Part shown: positions 35,293 to 46,551 of the stretch, piece after piece
How positions within the stretch are numbered: the first letter of the stretch is position 1
Layout of the letters: each line of letters begins with the position of its first letter
Source: Cyanobacteriota bacterium
GTDB taxonomy: Bacteria; Cyanobacteriota; Cyanobacteriia; PCC-6307; Cyanobiaceae
Direction: 5' to 3'
Length of the DNA: 64,000 nt
NCBI GenBank assembly: GCA_046052125.1
Contig: JBJOMY010000001.1
Span: 704,001-768,000, forward strand
Position numbers and translations under genes: made by a program
Notes under the pieces: model-generated
Database searches by the model: none
What the model was told of the DNA's origin: nothing
Seen by the model: only the letters and a program-made list of their open reading frames with translations

Positions 35293-36672
35293 GTGCAGAC
35301 ACACAGCCCAACCACCCCAAACGAGGTGCTGGTGATCGGTGCCGGCCTGGCGGGCACTGAGGCGGCCTGGCAGATCGCCGCAGCCGGCGTACCGGTGCGC
35401 CTGGTGGAGATGCGCCCCGTGCGCCGATCACCCGCCCACCACAGCAGTGAATTTGCCGAGCTGGTGTGCAGTAACAGCTTCGGGGCGCTAAGCAGCGACC
35501 GCGCCGCGGGCCTGTTGCAGGAGGAGCTGCGCCGCCTCGGTTCCCTGGTGATCGGCACCGCCGACCGCCACGCCGTACCCGCCGGTGGCGCCCTGGCGGT
35601 GGACCGCGGCCGCTACAGCGCCGCCCTCACCGAAGCGCTCGAGCAGCACCCGCTGGTGACGGTGGAGCGCCGCGAGCAGACCGAGCTGCCTGGCCCCGAG
35701 CAGATCACGGTGCTGGCCACCGGTCCGCTCACCAGTGAGCCACTGGCCGATCAGCTGCGCGCCTTCACCGGCCGGGCCGATTGCCACTTCTTTGATGCCG
35801 CAAGCCCGATCGTGGAGGGCGAGAGCATCGATCTCTCGGTGGCCTTCCGCGCCTCCCGCTACGACAAGGGCGACGCCGACTACATCAACTGCCCGATGAA
35901 CAAGGAGCAGTTCCTCGCCTTCCGCGAGGCGTTGCTGGCGGCCGAGCAGGCCGAGCTCAAGGATTTCGAAAAGGAGAACGCCACCTTCTTCGAGGGCTGC
36001 CTGCCAATTGAGGAGCTCGCCCGCCGCGGCGAAGACACGATGCGCTACGGCCCGCTCAAGCCGATCGGCCTCTGGGATCCCCGCTGGGGCGATGTGAACG
36101 ACCGCGACGTGCGCCGCGCCAACCGCGCCTATGCCGTGGTGCAACTGCGCCAGGAAGACAAGGACGGCCGTCTCTGGAACCTGGTGGGCTTCCAGACCAA
36201 CCTCAAATGGGGGGAGCAGAAGCGCGTGCTGCGGATGATCCCAGGGCTGGAGAACGCCGAGTTCGTGCGCTTCGGGGTGATGCACCGCAACACCTTCCTG
36301 GAGGCCCCGCAGCTGCTCGATCCCACCCTGCAGTTCCGCCAGAGGCCCTCCCTGCTCGCCGCCGGCCAGATCACCGGTACCGAGGGCTACGCGGCGGCGG
36401 TGGCTGGCGGCTGGCTGGCTGGCACCAACGCCGCCAGGCTGGCCCTCGGCCATGAACCGCTGCAGCTGCCCGCCACCTCAATGATCGGCGCTCTCACCCA
36501 CTTCATCGCCGAAGCCCCGAGCGAGAAGTTTCAGCCGATGCCGCCGAACTTCGGCCTTTTGCCCGAACTGCCCGAGCGGATCCGCGACAAGCGCCGCCGC
36601 TACGGGGCTTACCGCGATCGGGCCTTGGAGGATCTGGCGCCCTTCTGCGCAGCACTGGCGGTCGCCGCCTGA
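35293..36672 (+). CDS. trmFO: tRNA (uracil-5)-methyltransferase TrmFO
   Basis: '[14 protein letters not shown]', 'AELVCSNS', '[12 protein letters not shown]', 'GVMHRNTF'. Confidence 0.96.
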   Translation: MQTHSPTTPNEVLVIGAGLAGTEAAWQIAAAGVPVRLVEMRPVRRSPAHHSSEFAELVCSNSFGALSSDRAAGLLQEELRRLGSLVIGTADRHAVPAGGALAVDRGRYSAALTEALEQHPLVTVERREQTELPGPEQITVLATGPLTSEPLADQLRAFTGRADCHFFDAASPIVEGESIDLSVAFRASRYDKGDADYINCPMNKEQFLAFREALLAAEQAELKDFEKENATFFEGCLPIEELARRGEDTMRYGPLKPIGLWDPRWGDVNDRDVRRANRAYAVVQLRQEDKDGRLWNLVGFQTNLKWGEQKRVLRMIPGLENAEFVRFGVMHRNTFLEAPQLLDPTLQFRQRPSLLAAGQITGTEGYAAAVAGGWLAGTNAARLALGHEPLQLPATSMIGALTHFIAEAPSEKFQPMPPNFGLLPELPERIRDKRRRYGAYRDRALEDLAPFCAALAVAA

Positions 36673-36708
36673 AGGCCTGGCTAGCAAGGGGGTAACAGCG
36701 GCTGCTGG

Positions 36709-37646
36709 ATGCCCCAAGCCCCACCCGGCGCCCGCCAGATCGAACGCCGCTCGCTGCAGATCGGTGTGGCCGCAAGCCTGGTGATGGCGGCGATGGGCAT
36801 CAGCGTCTACGCCCTCTCCGGCTCGGAGGCGCTACTGCTCGATGGCCTCTATTCCGGCGTGGGGCGGCCTCGAGCTTCATTGCCGCCCGCATCGGAGCCA
36901 ACGTGGTGCGTCCCCCGGATCGCGCCTACCCCTACGGCTACGACGGCCAGGAGGCTCTCTATGTGCTCTTACGCTCACTGGTGTTGATCGGGATCCTCAG
37001 CGTGGCGGTGATCACGGCGGGCACCACGATCGTGAACCACCTGGGCGGCCAAGCGGTGGAGGCGGTGCAGCTGCGGCCGGTGGCGGGCTATGCCGGCTTG
37101 ATGGTGGTGCTCTGCCTGGCCTTGGCCTGGCGCCACGAGCACGACTGGGAGCGCAGCGGCCGCTGCAGTGAATTGCTGCGCACCGAAGCCCACGCCGCCC
37201 GCGTCGACGGGCTGATCAGCGCGGTGGCCGGGGCGGCTCTATTGGGAGCACCGCTGCTGGAGCGCACACCCCTACGGCCGCTGGTGCCGGTGGCCGATTC
37301 GGTGCTCGTGTTGTTGCTGGCCCTGGTGGTGTTGCCCGAGCCCCTGCAGCAGTTCTGGCGGGCCCTGCGCCAGAGCGCCGGCGCCGCCTGTGATCCCGGC
37401 CTGATCGCCCGCACCCGCGATGCCGTGCAGGAGCTGCTCAGCGGCATGTCCACCTGGCTGCTCGACCTCACGGTGATGAAGGTGGGCCGCACCACGTTCG
37501 TGGTGGCCTATCTCAACCCCGCGATGCCGGTGGATGGCCCCTGGATCGATCGGTTGCGGGAGCGCATCGACGCGCGCTGCGCCGAACTCCTAGGCCCCGT
37601 GCGAACCGAAGTGATCCTCACGGGGCAGGCGCCGTTTGCGGCGTGA
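36709..37646 (+). pseudogene. Cation diffusion facilitator family transporter, frameshifted near 36861-36864
   Basis: Frame 1 'SGSEALLLDGLYSGV' continues in another frame as 'AASSFIAARIGANVVRPPDRAYPYGY'. Confidence 0.75.
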
Positions 37647-37810
37647 GCCGATGACAGGCCCATCTGAATGATCGGTGCCCTCACCCACTCATCGCCGAGG
37701 CCCCGAGCGCAAAATCAGCCAATGACCCCGGACTTCGGCCTGCACCCGAACTACCCAATAGCATCCACAAAAAGCGGAGAGGCTATGGGTTTCACCACAA
37801 TCGGGGCCTA

Positions 37811-38578
37811 CTAGCGAGCCTCGCCTACCTTCACTGAATCCACAATCCAGCTTTGAATGCCAGTGCGCTCTAACACCTGCTCGGCATCAAAATGAGCCTT
37901 GATCCGATCCCAGTCGATGTCATGCACATCCGCAGGGGGATCGCGGTTGATTGCCTGGTACGCCCAGCTGTAGTGGGCTGTGAACATCACCGTGGGCTGA
38001 TCACACCACGCAATCTGCAGACCCATCTGCTGCACGGCGGTGAACACAAAGCGATCACACACCGGACCTAAATAAGGCGGCATCATCCCCCATAGTGCTA
38101 AAGCTCGGAAGCTACGGGGATAGAAAACAAAACAGGATGTGTCCGCGTGGATGCGGAGTACATCCTCCTCAGGCACACCGGGCACTTCAGTGCCGTCCGG
38201 CAACACCACCCGGCGCCCCATCACAAGCACATCAGCTGTTGGCTGTCGCCGTTTGAGCTCAAAGGCGAGTGCCAGATGCTGAGGCTCAAACCAGTTGTCG
38301 GCATCGAGCATCAGAATCGGCCAGTAACCGCGGTTGATCGCTGAAATAGCTCCGAGGCAACGGGGTGTGTTGCCGTTGTCGCCATGGCGAAACGGCAAGA
38401 TCAGGTGGTCGCAGTCCCAGCCATCAATCTGCGAGCGCGCTTCACCATCTGCCACCATCACGTGTCGAACCGGGACCGTCTGGCGGAGACAACTCATGTG
38501 GCAGCGCTCCAGCACCTCCAGCGACTCGCTGCAATAGGGAGTGATCACGGCAGCCCCGCGACCTGACACAACCCCCAT
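37811..38578 (-). CDS. Glycosyltransferase family 2 (GT-A fold)
   Basis: 'AVITPY...SCLRQT...VADG...MLDADNW' with DxD motif. Confidence 0.8.
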   Translation of the reverse strand: MGVVSGRGAAVITPYCSESLEVLERCHMSCLRQTVPVRHVMVADGEARSQIDGWDCDHLILPFRHGDNGNTPRCLGAISAINRGYWPILMLDADNWFEPQHLALAFELKRRQPTADVLVMGRRVVLPDGTEVPGVPEEDVLRIHADTSCFVFYPRSFRALALWGMMPPYLGPVCDRFVFTAVQQMGLQIAWCDQPTVMFTAHYSWAYQAINRDPPADVHDIDWDRIKAHFDAEQVLERTGIQSWIVDSVKVGEAR

Positions 38579-38661
38579 GAGCCCCTATGCAGTGGAGCGA
38601 TTGAACCACGACTTGCGAATCGCTGCCGCTTAGGGTCGCCCCAACCCACCTCCAAGCCCCG

Positions 38662-40233
38662 GTGACCACAAGCCCTGCCCCCACCTGGGATGTGATCGTG
38701 ATCGGCTCGGGCATTGGCGGCCTGGTCACCGCCTCGCAGCTGGCGGCCAAGGGGGCGAAAACTCTGGTGCTGGAGCGCTACCTGATCCCGGGTGGCTCGG
38801 GAGGCAGCTTCCGGCGCGAGGGCTACACCTTTGATGTGGGCGCCTCGATGATCTTCGGGTTCGGCACCCAGGGGCACACCAACCTGCTCACCCGCGCCCT
38901 GGCGGATGTGGGCCAACACTGCGACACGGTGCCCGATCCGGCCCAGCTCGAATACCACCTGCCCGGCGGGCTCAACGTGGCGGTGGACCGCGACTACGAG
39001 GCCTTCATCGCCAGGCTCTCGGCGCTGTTCCCCCACGAGGCCAAGGGGATCCGGGCGTTTTATGACACCTGCTGGCAGGTGTTCAACTGCCTCGATGCGA
39101 TGCCGCTGCTCTCGCTCGAGGATCCGGCCTATCTGGCCAAGGTGTTCTTCCGCGCGCCGCTGGCATGCCTGGGGCTGGCGCGCTGGCTGCCATTCAACGT
39201 GGGTGATGTAGCGCGCAAGCACATCCGCGACGAACAGCTGCTCAAGCTGATCGACATGGAGTGCTTCTGCTGGTCGGTGATGCCTGCCGATCTCACGCCG
39301 ATGATCAATGCGGGGATGGTGTTCTCCGATCGCCATGCCGGCGGCATCAACTACCCCAAGGGAGGCGTCGGCGTGATCGCCGAAAAGCTTGTAGCCGGCC
39401 TGGAGAGCCATGGCGGCGAGATCCGCTACAAGGCCCGCGTCACCCAGGTGCTGATCGAGAACGATCAGGCCGTGGGCGTGCGGCTGGCCGATGGCGAGGA
39501 AATCCGCGCCCGCCGAGTGGTGAGCAACGCCACCCGCTGGGACACGTTTGAAACCGAGCAGGAAAGCGCCGACGTGCAGCGCCCGAGAACCGCCGCCCTC
39601 GTGGATGCCGCGCATACCCCCAAAGCCGAAACCACCTGGCGCCGCCGCTACAAGCCTTCGCCCTCCTTCCTGTCGCTGCACCTGGGTGTGGAGGCCTCCG
39701 TGATTCCGGAGGGCTTTCACTGCCACCACCTACTGCTTGAAGACTGGAGCGAGATGGAGGGCGAGCAGGGGGTGATCTTCGTATCGATCCCCACGCTGCT
39801 CGATCCCTCCCTGGCACCGGAAGGCCGACACATCGTGCACACCTTCACCCCCAGCGACATCAAGCACTGGAATCAGCTCAGCCCCTCGGACTACAAGGCC
39901 AAGAAAGCCGCCGATGCCGCCCGGCTGGTGCAGCGACTGGAGGCAATCCTGCCGGGGCTCGGCAGCGCGATTCTCCACCAGGAGATCGGCACACCACGCA
40001 CCCACCGCCGCTTCCTCGGCCGCATGGGCGGCAGCTACGGGCCGATCCCAGCCCTGCGGCTTCCGGGCCTGCTGCCGATGCCCTTCAACCGCACCGGACT
40101 GCAAAACCTTTACTGCGTGGGCGATTCCTGCTTCCCAGGGCAGGGCCTGAACGCCGTGGCCTTCAGCGGCTTCGCCTGCGCGCACCGCATCGGCGCTGAT
40201 CTGGGGCTCAACCCCTGGGCGTTGCCGGCCTGA
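38662..40233 (+). CDS. crtH: Carotenoid cis-trans isomerase
   Basis: 'VIGSGIGGLVTA', 'FDVGASMIFG', 'GINYPKGG', 'CVGDSCFPGQGLNAVAFSG'. Confidence 0.93.
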   Translation: MTTSPAPTWDVIVIGSGIGGLVTASQLAAKGAKTLVLERYLIPGGSGGSFRREGYTFDVGASMIFGFGTQGHTNLLTRALADVGQHCDTVPDPAQLEYHLPGGLNVAVDRDYEAFIARLSALFPHEAKGIRAFYDTCWQVFNCLDAMPLLSLEDPAYLAKVFFRAPLACLGLARWLPFNVGDVARKHIRDEQLLKLIDMECFCWSVMPADLTPMINAGMVFSDRHAGGINYPKGGVGVIAEKLVAGLESHGGEIRYKARVTQVLIENDQAVGVRLADGEEIRARRVVSNATRWDTFETEQESADVQRPRTAALVDAAHTPKAETTWRRRYKPSPSFLSLHLGVEASVIPEGFHCHHLLLEDWSEMEGEQGVIFVSIPTLLDPSLAPEGRHIVHTFTPSDIKHWNQLSPSDYKAKKAADAARLVQRLEAILPGLGSAILHQEIGTPRTHRRFLGRMGGSYGPIPALRLPGLLPMPFNRTGLQNLYCVGDSCFPGQGLNAVAFSGFACAHRIGADLGLNPWALPA

Positions 40234-40826
40234 TCAACTGCGCTGCCTCCCACACGCTCAACGTTCCGGGTTTGCACGGATGCCGGAGCACCCCCGCCGC
40301 CATGACGCTGAAGGTTCGATTGCAGTGGCTACGGTCGTTCTGGGATTTGATCGTCAGGGCTGGATCACCGTCATCGCGGCTGTTCTGCTCGCCCTGATCA
40401 CTCTGTATGGCCTCCGGCCGACTGCGTCTACACCAGTGACGACTATGTCTCAGTCCTGGGAAGCACTGCCATCGATTTACCGCAGCAAGCAGGACTTCCT
40501 TGCATCGCTGCCGCCCTGGCGGCGGCCATAGAACAGCAAGTTGGCATCCAACGATCGACAAGAAAGTGCAGCGATACGCGCTGGAGCAGAACATCGAGCA
40601 GCTGAGGAGAGAGAACGCGCGGCTCGCAGCGATCGAGTCCAGGCTCGCGCACTTCGAGCGGGAGCACTTGTCTGGCTCAACCCCACACCCCTCAACCCGC
40701 GATTCCTCGAACTTGTAGCCACTGAGCTCGCTGAAGTCGCCCAGCCATGAGCGCCCCCCGGAGATCCGAACTCACAGCAGCAGCGCGCCTCTCCATAGGG
40801 TGGCTCATTCCTGCGCTCAGAGCTCC

Positions 40827-41123
40827 ATGGCCGCCCCCACCCCCGGCGATGCCAACCTCAGCTCCGTTGAACTGGCCCGCTACCTCGAGCAGCGCGGCGA
40901 GCTGAGCAAGCCCTGGATGCTGCAGCTGCTGCGGCTCACCAAGCTAAAGGAGGAGCGCGCCTCCATGGATCCGCAGGACTACATGGACAAACTCCAGGAA
41001 GCCCACGCCGACCTGATGCGTTTGGGTGAGTTCTGGAAGGGGCGCGAGCAGGAAGTATTCGGCGGGCGTTACCAGCCCTCAGAGTTGCTCGAACCCCTGC
41101 CAGGTTCCCCAGAGGATCGATGA
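40827..41123 (+). CDS. conserved hypothetical protein
   Basis: Core-like codon usage; ATGA overlap with the next gene. Confidence 0.75.
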   Translation: MAAPTPGDANLSSVELARYLEQRGELSKPWMLQLLRLTKLKEERASMDPQDYMDKLQEAHADLMRLGEFWKGREQEVFGGRYQPSELLEPLPGSPEDR

Positions 41124-41641
41124 CGGCCCACCGCTACCCAATGGCGCCGCTGATCCGCTTCACCCTGATCAGTCTCTATCTGGCGCTGGTATTGCCCCTG
41201 CCCCTGCTCGCTCCCGCGGAGCTACAGCCGTGGCTGTGGGCAGCCCTGCCTCTGGGGCTGGCCGTGGTCCTCGCCCTGGTAAGCGAGCAGGTGGAGCTCG
41301 ATGAGAGCGGCATCCGCGTCGGCCATCCAGCCTGGTGCCACTGGCTGCTGCGGCGCGGCTGGCAGCTCAACTGGGATCAGATCAGCGGCCTCACCCCCGT
41401 GGCCACCAGCCAGGGCGGGCGCGTGTTTTACGTGCGCACAGCAGACGGCTCGGCCTACCTGCTCCCCCAGCGGGTGCAAGCCTTCGAGGATTTCCTGAGC
41501 CGCTTTAGCCAACACAGTGACTTAGACACCAGCTCCATCGGCCGAATCAGCCCCCCCTGGACCTACCAACTCCTGGCCATCCTCTGCACCCTGGGCCTGG
41601 CAGGCGAAGCGCTCACCGGCCTGCTGCAGCTGCAGCGCTGA
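41120..41641 (+). CDS. hypothetical membrane protein
   Basis: Two N-terminal and one C-terminal hydrophobic segments. Confidence 0.75.
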   Translation: MTAHRYPMAPLIRFTLISLYLALVLPLPLLAPAELQPWLWAALPLGLAVVLALVSEQVELDESGIRVGHPAWCHWLLRRGWQLNWDQISGLTPVATSQGGRVFYVRTADGSAYLLPQRVQAFEDFLSRFSQHSDLDTSSIGRISPPWTYQLLAILCTLGLAGEALTGLLQLQR

Positions 41642-42433
41642 TCAGGGCAACGCCGGCAGAGCGGCTCGGTTGGGATCGGGCGTTCCTGAATCGACCGGAA
41701 TCGTATCCAAGCTGAAGCGATAGCCCTGCTGGCGCACGGTTTCGATGCCGCCACCCTCGCCGAGGCCGGCCTGCTCGAGCTTGCGGCGCAGGGTGAGCAC
41801 CTGGGTGTCCACCGAGCGGGGGCCACCGCTGAACGGGGGCCAGGCCATGCGCAGCAGTTCGCTGCGGTTGCGCACCACCCCAGGCGGCATCAACAGGGCA
41901 CACAACAGCGCAAACTCCCGCGGGCTGAGCTCCACCGGCTGATCGCGCAGCGTCACCTGGCGCAGCAGCAGGTGTACCTCCAGCGGCCCCACACACACCC
42001 GCTCCTGCAGGCCACTGCGGCTGCGGCGCAGCAAGGAGCGGCTGCGGGCGGCCAGCTCCTCGAGGCCAAAGGGCTTGCGCAACACATCGTCGGCGCCGGC
42101 ATCGAGCAGCGACACCACCGGTTCGGAGCCGGAGCGGGCCGTGAGCACCATCACCGGGCAGCGCAACTGGGCGGCGAGCTTGAGGGCGGTGGTTTCCTCT
42201 AGCAGTTCGGCCGCCACGAGCAGATCGGGCGTGAGGTCGTCGCAGAGGGCCACCGCTTCGGCGGCGCTGGCCACGGCGGCGGCCAAGTAGCCGTCCTGAC
42301 GCAGCCTCTGGGCCAGCACGGTGCGAAGCGTGGGGTGCGGATCCACCACCAGCACACGCTTCAGGGAACTTTCAGCTCCGGAGAGGGAGCTGGTTGTGGA
42401 GCTGTCAGCGGAGGAATCCACCTGCGTCTCCAA
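41642..42433 (-). CDS. OmpR-family response regulator with atypical receiver
   Basis: 'LDAGADDVLRKPF' and wHTH 'LSPREFALL...RSVDTQVLTLRRKL...IETVRQQGYRF'. Confidence 0.88.
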   Translation of the reverse strand: METQVDSSADSSTTSSLSGAESSLKRVLVVDPHPTLRTVLAQRLRQDGYLAAAVASAAEAVALCDDLTPDLLVAAELLEETTALKLAAQLRCPVMVLTARSGSEPVVSLLDAGADDVLRKPFGLEELAARSRSLLRRSRSGLQERVCVGPLEVHLLLRQVTLRDQPVELSPREFALLCALLMPPGVVRNRSELLRMAWPPFSGGPRSVDTQVLTLRRKLEQAGLGEGGGIETVRQQGYRFSLDTIPVDSGTPDPNRAALPALP

Positions 42434-42514
42434 GGTTCTGCCTACGCTATCTCTGTTTCTGTGGCCAGAGTGGTATCAGGCGATGCCTTGCCAGCTGTCC
42501 CCTCCGGTCCTGTC

Positions 42515-42781
42515 ATGACCGCTCTGCAACACCCCGACGCGATCCGCCACTTCCAGTCGCTGTGTGACGCCTGCCAGTCACTGGCGAGCCGCTACCACAG
42601 CCCCGCGGAGCTGCGCCTCTACGCCGACGGCTACCTGCACGCCCTACGCAAAACCGCGGTGCTCGATGCGCTCACCCAGCGGCGCCTGGAAGAGTTGGTG
42701 GATCGCTGGATCATGGACCCCTCCAGCTTCATCGGCCCAGGCGATGACATGAGCACCCTCTACGAAACGGGCCGGAACTGA
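42515..42781 (+). CDS. conserved cyanobacterial hypothetical protein (DUF6761-like)
   Basis: 'LQHPDAIRHFQSLCDA...ELRLYADGYLHAL...DPSSF'. Confidence 0.75.
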   Translation: MTALQHPDAIRHFQSLCDACQSLASRYHSPAELRLYADGYLHALRKTAVLDALTQRRLEELVDRWIMDPSSFIGPGDDMSTLYETGRN

Positions 42782-42800
42782 TCCGGCCCCGCGGGCGACC

Positions 42801-43121
42801 TCAGGCCAGAGCAACAGCCAGCTTTTCGCGCAGTTCGCCGGAGTTGTACATCTCGATCAGGATGTCGGATCCGCCCATGAACTCCCCGTTCACATAAACC
42901 TGGGGAATGGTGGGCCAATCGGAAAACTCCTTGATCCCCTGACGCACCTCCGGGTCGGAGAGCACATCGAAGGTTTCAAACGGCACCGCCAGGGCGTTGA
43001 GGATCTGCACCACGTTGTTGCTGAAGCCGCACTGGGGCATCAACTTGCTGCCCTTCATGAACACGAACACCGGGCTGCTGCCGATCAGCTGTTCGATGCG
43101 TTGCTTGGTGGAGGCGTCCAT
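42801..43121 (-). CDS. grxD: Monothiol glutaredoxin Grx4
   Basis: 'PQCGFS', 'WPTIPQVY', 'GGSDI'. Confidence 0.95.
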   Translation of the reverse strand: MDASTKQRIEQLIGSSPVFVFMKGSKLMPQCGFSNNVVQILNALAVPFETFDVLSDPEVRQGIKEFSDWPTIPQVYVNGEFMGGSDILIEMYNSGELREKLAVALA

Positions 43122-43124
43122 GGA

Positions 43125-43361
43125 TCAGGCGGTGGGAGTGGAGGTCTGCAGAGCCAGGGCGTGAATGGCCTCGCTGGCCAGTTCACTGCGCAGGGCGCCG
43201 TACACGAGCTGGTGCTGCTTCACGCGGCTCAGGCCGTCGAAGGCGGTGGAGACCACCGTCACCTGCAGGTGATCGCCGCCGCCGGTGAGGTCTTCCACCT
43301 CAACGCGGGCATCCGGCAGGGCCTGGGTGATGGCAGCTCTCACCTGGTCGGGATGGACCAT
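43125..43361 (-). CDS. bolA: BolA family protein
   Basis: '[25 protein letters not shown]...IHALAL'. Confidence 0.93.
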   Translation of the reverse strand: MVHPDQVRAAITQALPDARVEVEDLTGGGDHLQVTVVSTAFDGLSRVKQHQLVYGALRSELASEAIHALALQTSTPTA

Positions 43362-43410
43362 GGGCTGGAGAGACGAGACGCGTGCTGAGCAGGGAATGTA
43401 AGCGCCGCGC

Positions 43411-43947
43411 TTACTGGGCTGGCGGCGTGGCGCCGGCTGCGGTGTAAGGCGTGCCCACAAAGCCCAGCTCCACCAAGCTCTGGTAGGCCTTTTGGCCCTG
43501 GGGGCTGGTGGGCGACATGCGCTGCACCACCCGCACCAGCAGGGGTACGGCCACCTGGGGCTGGTTCATGCGGCGCAGCAGAGCCGCCAGGCGCAGCTCG
43601 ATGTTCGCTTGCAGTTCGGTGGCCTCGCGGCCCTTCTGGTCCATCTCGCGGGGGATGCGGGCATCAAGGCCGCGGAAGGCACCGGAGAGATTGCGGTAGG
43701 CGCTCACCAGATAGGTGGCGGCCTCCAGAGCCTGGTCGTAATCGGTTTTGGCCTGGCTGAGCTTGCCGGCCGCCGCGGCCGCATCACCCTGGGCCACCTT
43801 GGCCTGCACCGCCGCCAGGTTCAGACCGGAGCTGGGCGACTCGAGCACCTTGAGGGGCTCCTGTTGGGCCCGGGCCGGCAGCTGCGCTAGGGAGGGTGTC
43901 ACAAGCGCCAGGGCGCTGAGGGCAAAAGCAGCAATCGGCCGGCGCAC
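43411..43947 (-). CDS. secreted helical (TPR-like) hypothetical protein
   Basis: Signal peptide followed by an all-helical body. Confidence 0.75.
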   Translation of the reverse strand: MRRPIAAFALSALALVTPSLAQLPARAQQEPLKVLESPSSGLNLAAVQAKVAQGDAAAAAGKLSQAKTDYDQALEAATYLVSAYRNLSGAFRGLDARIPREMDQKGREATELQANIELRLAALLRRMNQPQVAVPLLVRVVQRMSPTSPQGQKAYQSLVELGFVGTPYTAAGATPPAQ

Positions 43948-43956
43948 GGCAACAAG

Positions 43957-44802
43957 TCAGACGTTGGAAAACTCTACGGGCGTTGCAAAGCCGCCCTCGG
44001 CGGCGCTGCGGCCCACGGCCTCGAGGGCCTGCGCTTCAGCGGCAGCCATCGCCGCGGCCAACTGCTCACTGAAGTGCTGCGCCGCCTCGCGGCCATGGCC
44101 CTGCACGCGTAGCGGCGGCCCGAAGGCCAGGGCGGCGCGATCGCCGAAGCGGGGAATGGCCCGGCCGTAGGCGATGCCGATCGGCAACACCGGCACCGAG
44201 AGTCCGTGGGCCGAGGCGAGCAGCGCCAAGCGCGAGAGCCCCTGCATCAAGCGGATCGGACCGCGCTCGCGCATGATCCGGCCCTCCGGAAACACCACCA
44301 GCTGCTGGCCGGCTTCGAGCAGATCCACGGCATAGCGCAGGCTGGCGGTCTGGGGCTTGAGCTGATTCACCGGGAAGCAGCCCAGGCGATGCAGGAACCA
44401 GCCCTGCACACCCTTCATCTCATCGAGGGTGACCATGAAGCGGCAATCGCGGCCGCTCACCCGCCGCCCCGCTGCGTAGGGGAGCATCAGCGCATCCCAG
44501 CGGGCCCGGTGCGTGGGCGCCATCAGCACCGGGCCGCTCAGGGGGAGATGCTCGCGGCCAAGCACGTGCAGACGGCGAAAAAAGCCCTTGAGGGCGAGAT
44601 CCTGGGTGACCACCATCGCCAGAGGCGACAGCCAGGGGCTGATGCCATTGCAGAGGCTCTGCTCGCGCTTGATCAGTTGGCTGGAAGCCGTCGCCACCCT
44701 GTCGTCGCCTGATCGGCCATCCCTCAAGCTCCAACGTAGGGGCCGCTTGGCGAGCTCACCGCCAGCGGCAGGCACTTCCCCCTGCGGCCGTTCAAACCGC
44801 AA
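43957..44802 (-). CDS. plsC: Lysophospholipid acyltransferase (start uncertain)
   Basis: 'THRARWD' HX4D motif and 'VFPEG'. Confidence 0.85.
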   Translation of the reverse strand: MRFERPQGEVPAAGGELAKRPLRWSLRDGRSGDDRVATASSQLIKREQSLCNGISPWLSPLAMVVTQDLALKGFFRRLHVLGREHLPLSGPVLMAPTHRARWDALMLPYAAGRRVSGRDCRFMVTLDEMKGVQGWFLHRLGCFPVNQLKPQTASLRYAVDLLEAGQQLVVFPEGRIMRERGPIRLMQGLSRLALLASAHGLSVPVLPIGIAYGRAIPRFGDRAALAFGPPLRVQGHGREAAQHFSEQLAAAMAAAEAQALEAVGRSAAEGGFATPVEFSNV

Positions 44803-44858
44803 CCGAATCCGGTGGCCACAGCCGAATCCATAGGATCCGGCCAGACGCCTCCGATGCC

Positions 44859-45608
44859 ATGGCCAGCCTTGGCGTGAACATTGATCACATCGCCAACGTG
44901 CGCCAGGCCCGCCGCACCGTGGAGCCCGATCCGGTGAGCTACGCGCTGCTAGCGGAACTGGGCGGAGCCGATGGCATCACCGTGCACCTGCGCGAAGATC
45001 GCCGCCACATCCAGGACCGCGACGTGGAGCTGCTGCGCCAGACCGTGCGCAGCCGCCTCAACCTGGAGATGGCCGCCACCGCAGAAATGGAGGCGATCGC
45101 CCTGCGCATCCGGCCCGACATGGTGACCCTGGTGCCAGAGAAGCGCGAAGAGGTGACCACCGAAGGCGGCCTCGATGTGGCCGGCCAGCTGGAGCCCCTC
45201 ACAGGTCTGGTGGGCCGGCTGCAGGAGACCGGGATCGGCGTGAGCCTGTTTGTGGATGCCGAAGCGAGCCAGCTCGAGGCCTGCCGCGCCACCGGCGCCC
45301 GCTGGGTGGAGCTGCACACGGGCACCTACGCCGAAGCCAACTGGCAACAGCAACATCTGGAGCTGGCCCGCCTCACCGAGGGCAGCTTCATCGCCCGCAG
45401 CCTCGGCCTGCGCGTGAATGCCGGCCACGGCCTCACCTATCAGAACGTGGAACCGGTGGCGGCGATCGAGGGGATGGAGGAGCTCAACATCGGCCACACG
45501 ATCGTGGCCCGCGCCCTAGCGGTGGGCCTGGAGGAGGCGGTGCGGCAGATGAAGGCTTTAGTTCAGAATCCCCGCCGGGAACCCCTGTTCGGCAGCACCA
45601 GTTCATGA
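44859..45608 (+). CDS. pdxJ: Pyridoxine 5'-phosphate synthase
   Basis: 'LGVNIDHIA', '[10 protein letters not shown]', 'NAGHGL', 'ELNIGH'. Confidence 0.97.
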   Translation: MASLGVNIDHIANVRQARRTVEPDPVSYALLAELGGADGITVHLREDRRHIQDRDVELLRQTVRSRLNLEMAATAEMEAIALRIRPDMVTLVPEKREEVTTEGGLDVAGQLEPLTGLVGRLQETGIGVSLFVDAEASQLEACRATGARWVELHTGTYAEANWQQQHLELARLTEGSFIARSLGLRVNAGHGLTYQNVEPVAAIEGMEELNIGHTIVARALAVGLEEAVRQMKALVQNPRREPLFGSTSS

Positions 45609-45925
45609 CCCACTACCACTTCGTGGCCGCCAGCGAGACCTTCCTCACGGTGGAGGAGCCCCTCGATGAGGTGCTGCGCGAGCGGGTGCGCAACTACGGC
45701 GAACAGGGCAAAGAGATCGACTTCTGGCTGGTGAAGCGGCCGGCGTTCCTGAACGCTCCCGAACTGAAGGCCGTGGCGGATCGGGTGCCCCAACCGGCGG
45801 CTGCAGTGGTGTCCACCGACGCCAAGTTCATCGAGTTCATGAAGCTGCGCCTTGAGTTTGTTGCGAAGGGCAGCTTTGAGGCCCCCAGCGCCTCGATCCC
45901 TGACGCCCTGGCCAGCGCCGCCTGA
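45605..45925 (+). CDS. ycf54: MgPME cyclase complex protein Ycf54
   Basis: '[22 protein letters not shown]...IDFWLV..PAFL...KLRLEFV'. Confidence 0.92.
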   Translation: MTHYHFVAASETFLTVEEPLDEVLRERVRNYGEQGKEIDFWLVKRPAFLNAPELKAVADRVPQPAAAVVSTDAKFIEFMKLRLEFVAKGSFEAPSASIPDALASAA

Positions 45926-46099
45926 GCAGGGCAGGGCACGGCGGGAACAGCCAACAACACGCTCCCGCCACCCTCAAGGATTCCGTCCGGTCTTTACGGA
46001 ATCCCGGAGGCAGATCGGGTCGATTCATAAACCCGGGCAACCCAATGAGAAGAAGGGCCCTCCTGCGCGTCGAGGAGAAGCAACCGTGTGGCTTGCAGC

Positions 46100-46459
46100 T
46101 CAGAACAGGCCCAGAAACTTCTTGCGCTCGGGTTCAGCTGACGAGGAAGGCTGGGCGCCGGGGCGGGCCTGATCGCTGTCCTGCTGGTAGCGAGGCTTGG
46201 CATCGCCGATGGTGAGCAGCGCCTCCTTGTTCTTCCACCAGATCCAGTCGCGAATGGGTGGGGTGCGGGTCAATTCAGCCCGGGTGAGGCCCAGGCCGAG
46301 CTTGCGGGAGGCATCGAGCAGCACCTCCACCATCTGATCGCCATTGCTGCAGTTGGCCAGCGCCTCGTTGGTGCGCTTGGCGCCATCGAGGGCTTTCACC
46401 AGGATCGAAACCCGCTGGCCCACCGAGAGCGTGCGGGGATCCGTGGGCTGGCTCTCCAT
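46100..46459 (-). CDS. conserved hypothetical protein
   Basis: MESQPTDPRT...PPIRDWIWWKNK...KFLGLF. Confidence 0.7.
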   Translation of the reverse strand: MESQPTDPRTLSVGQRVSILVKALDGAKRTNEALANCSNGDQMVEVLLDASRKLGLGLTRAELTRTPPIRDWIWWKNKEALLTIGDAKPRYQQDSDQARPGAQPSSSAEPERKKFLGLF

Positions 46460-46551
46460 CAGCGCAAAGGCAGGTGGTGGCAGGTTAGTGGCGTTGCAGG
46501 GATGACAGATCCGCCAACCGGAGGCAAGACTGGAGCCAACGCGCCGTCTGC

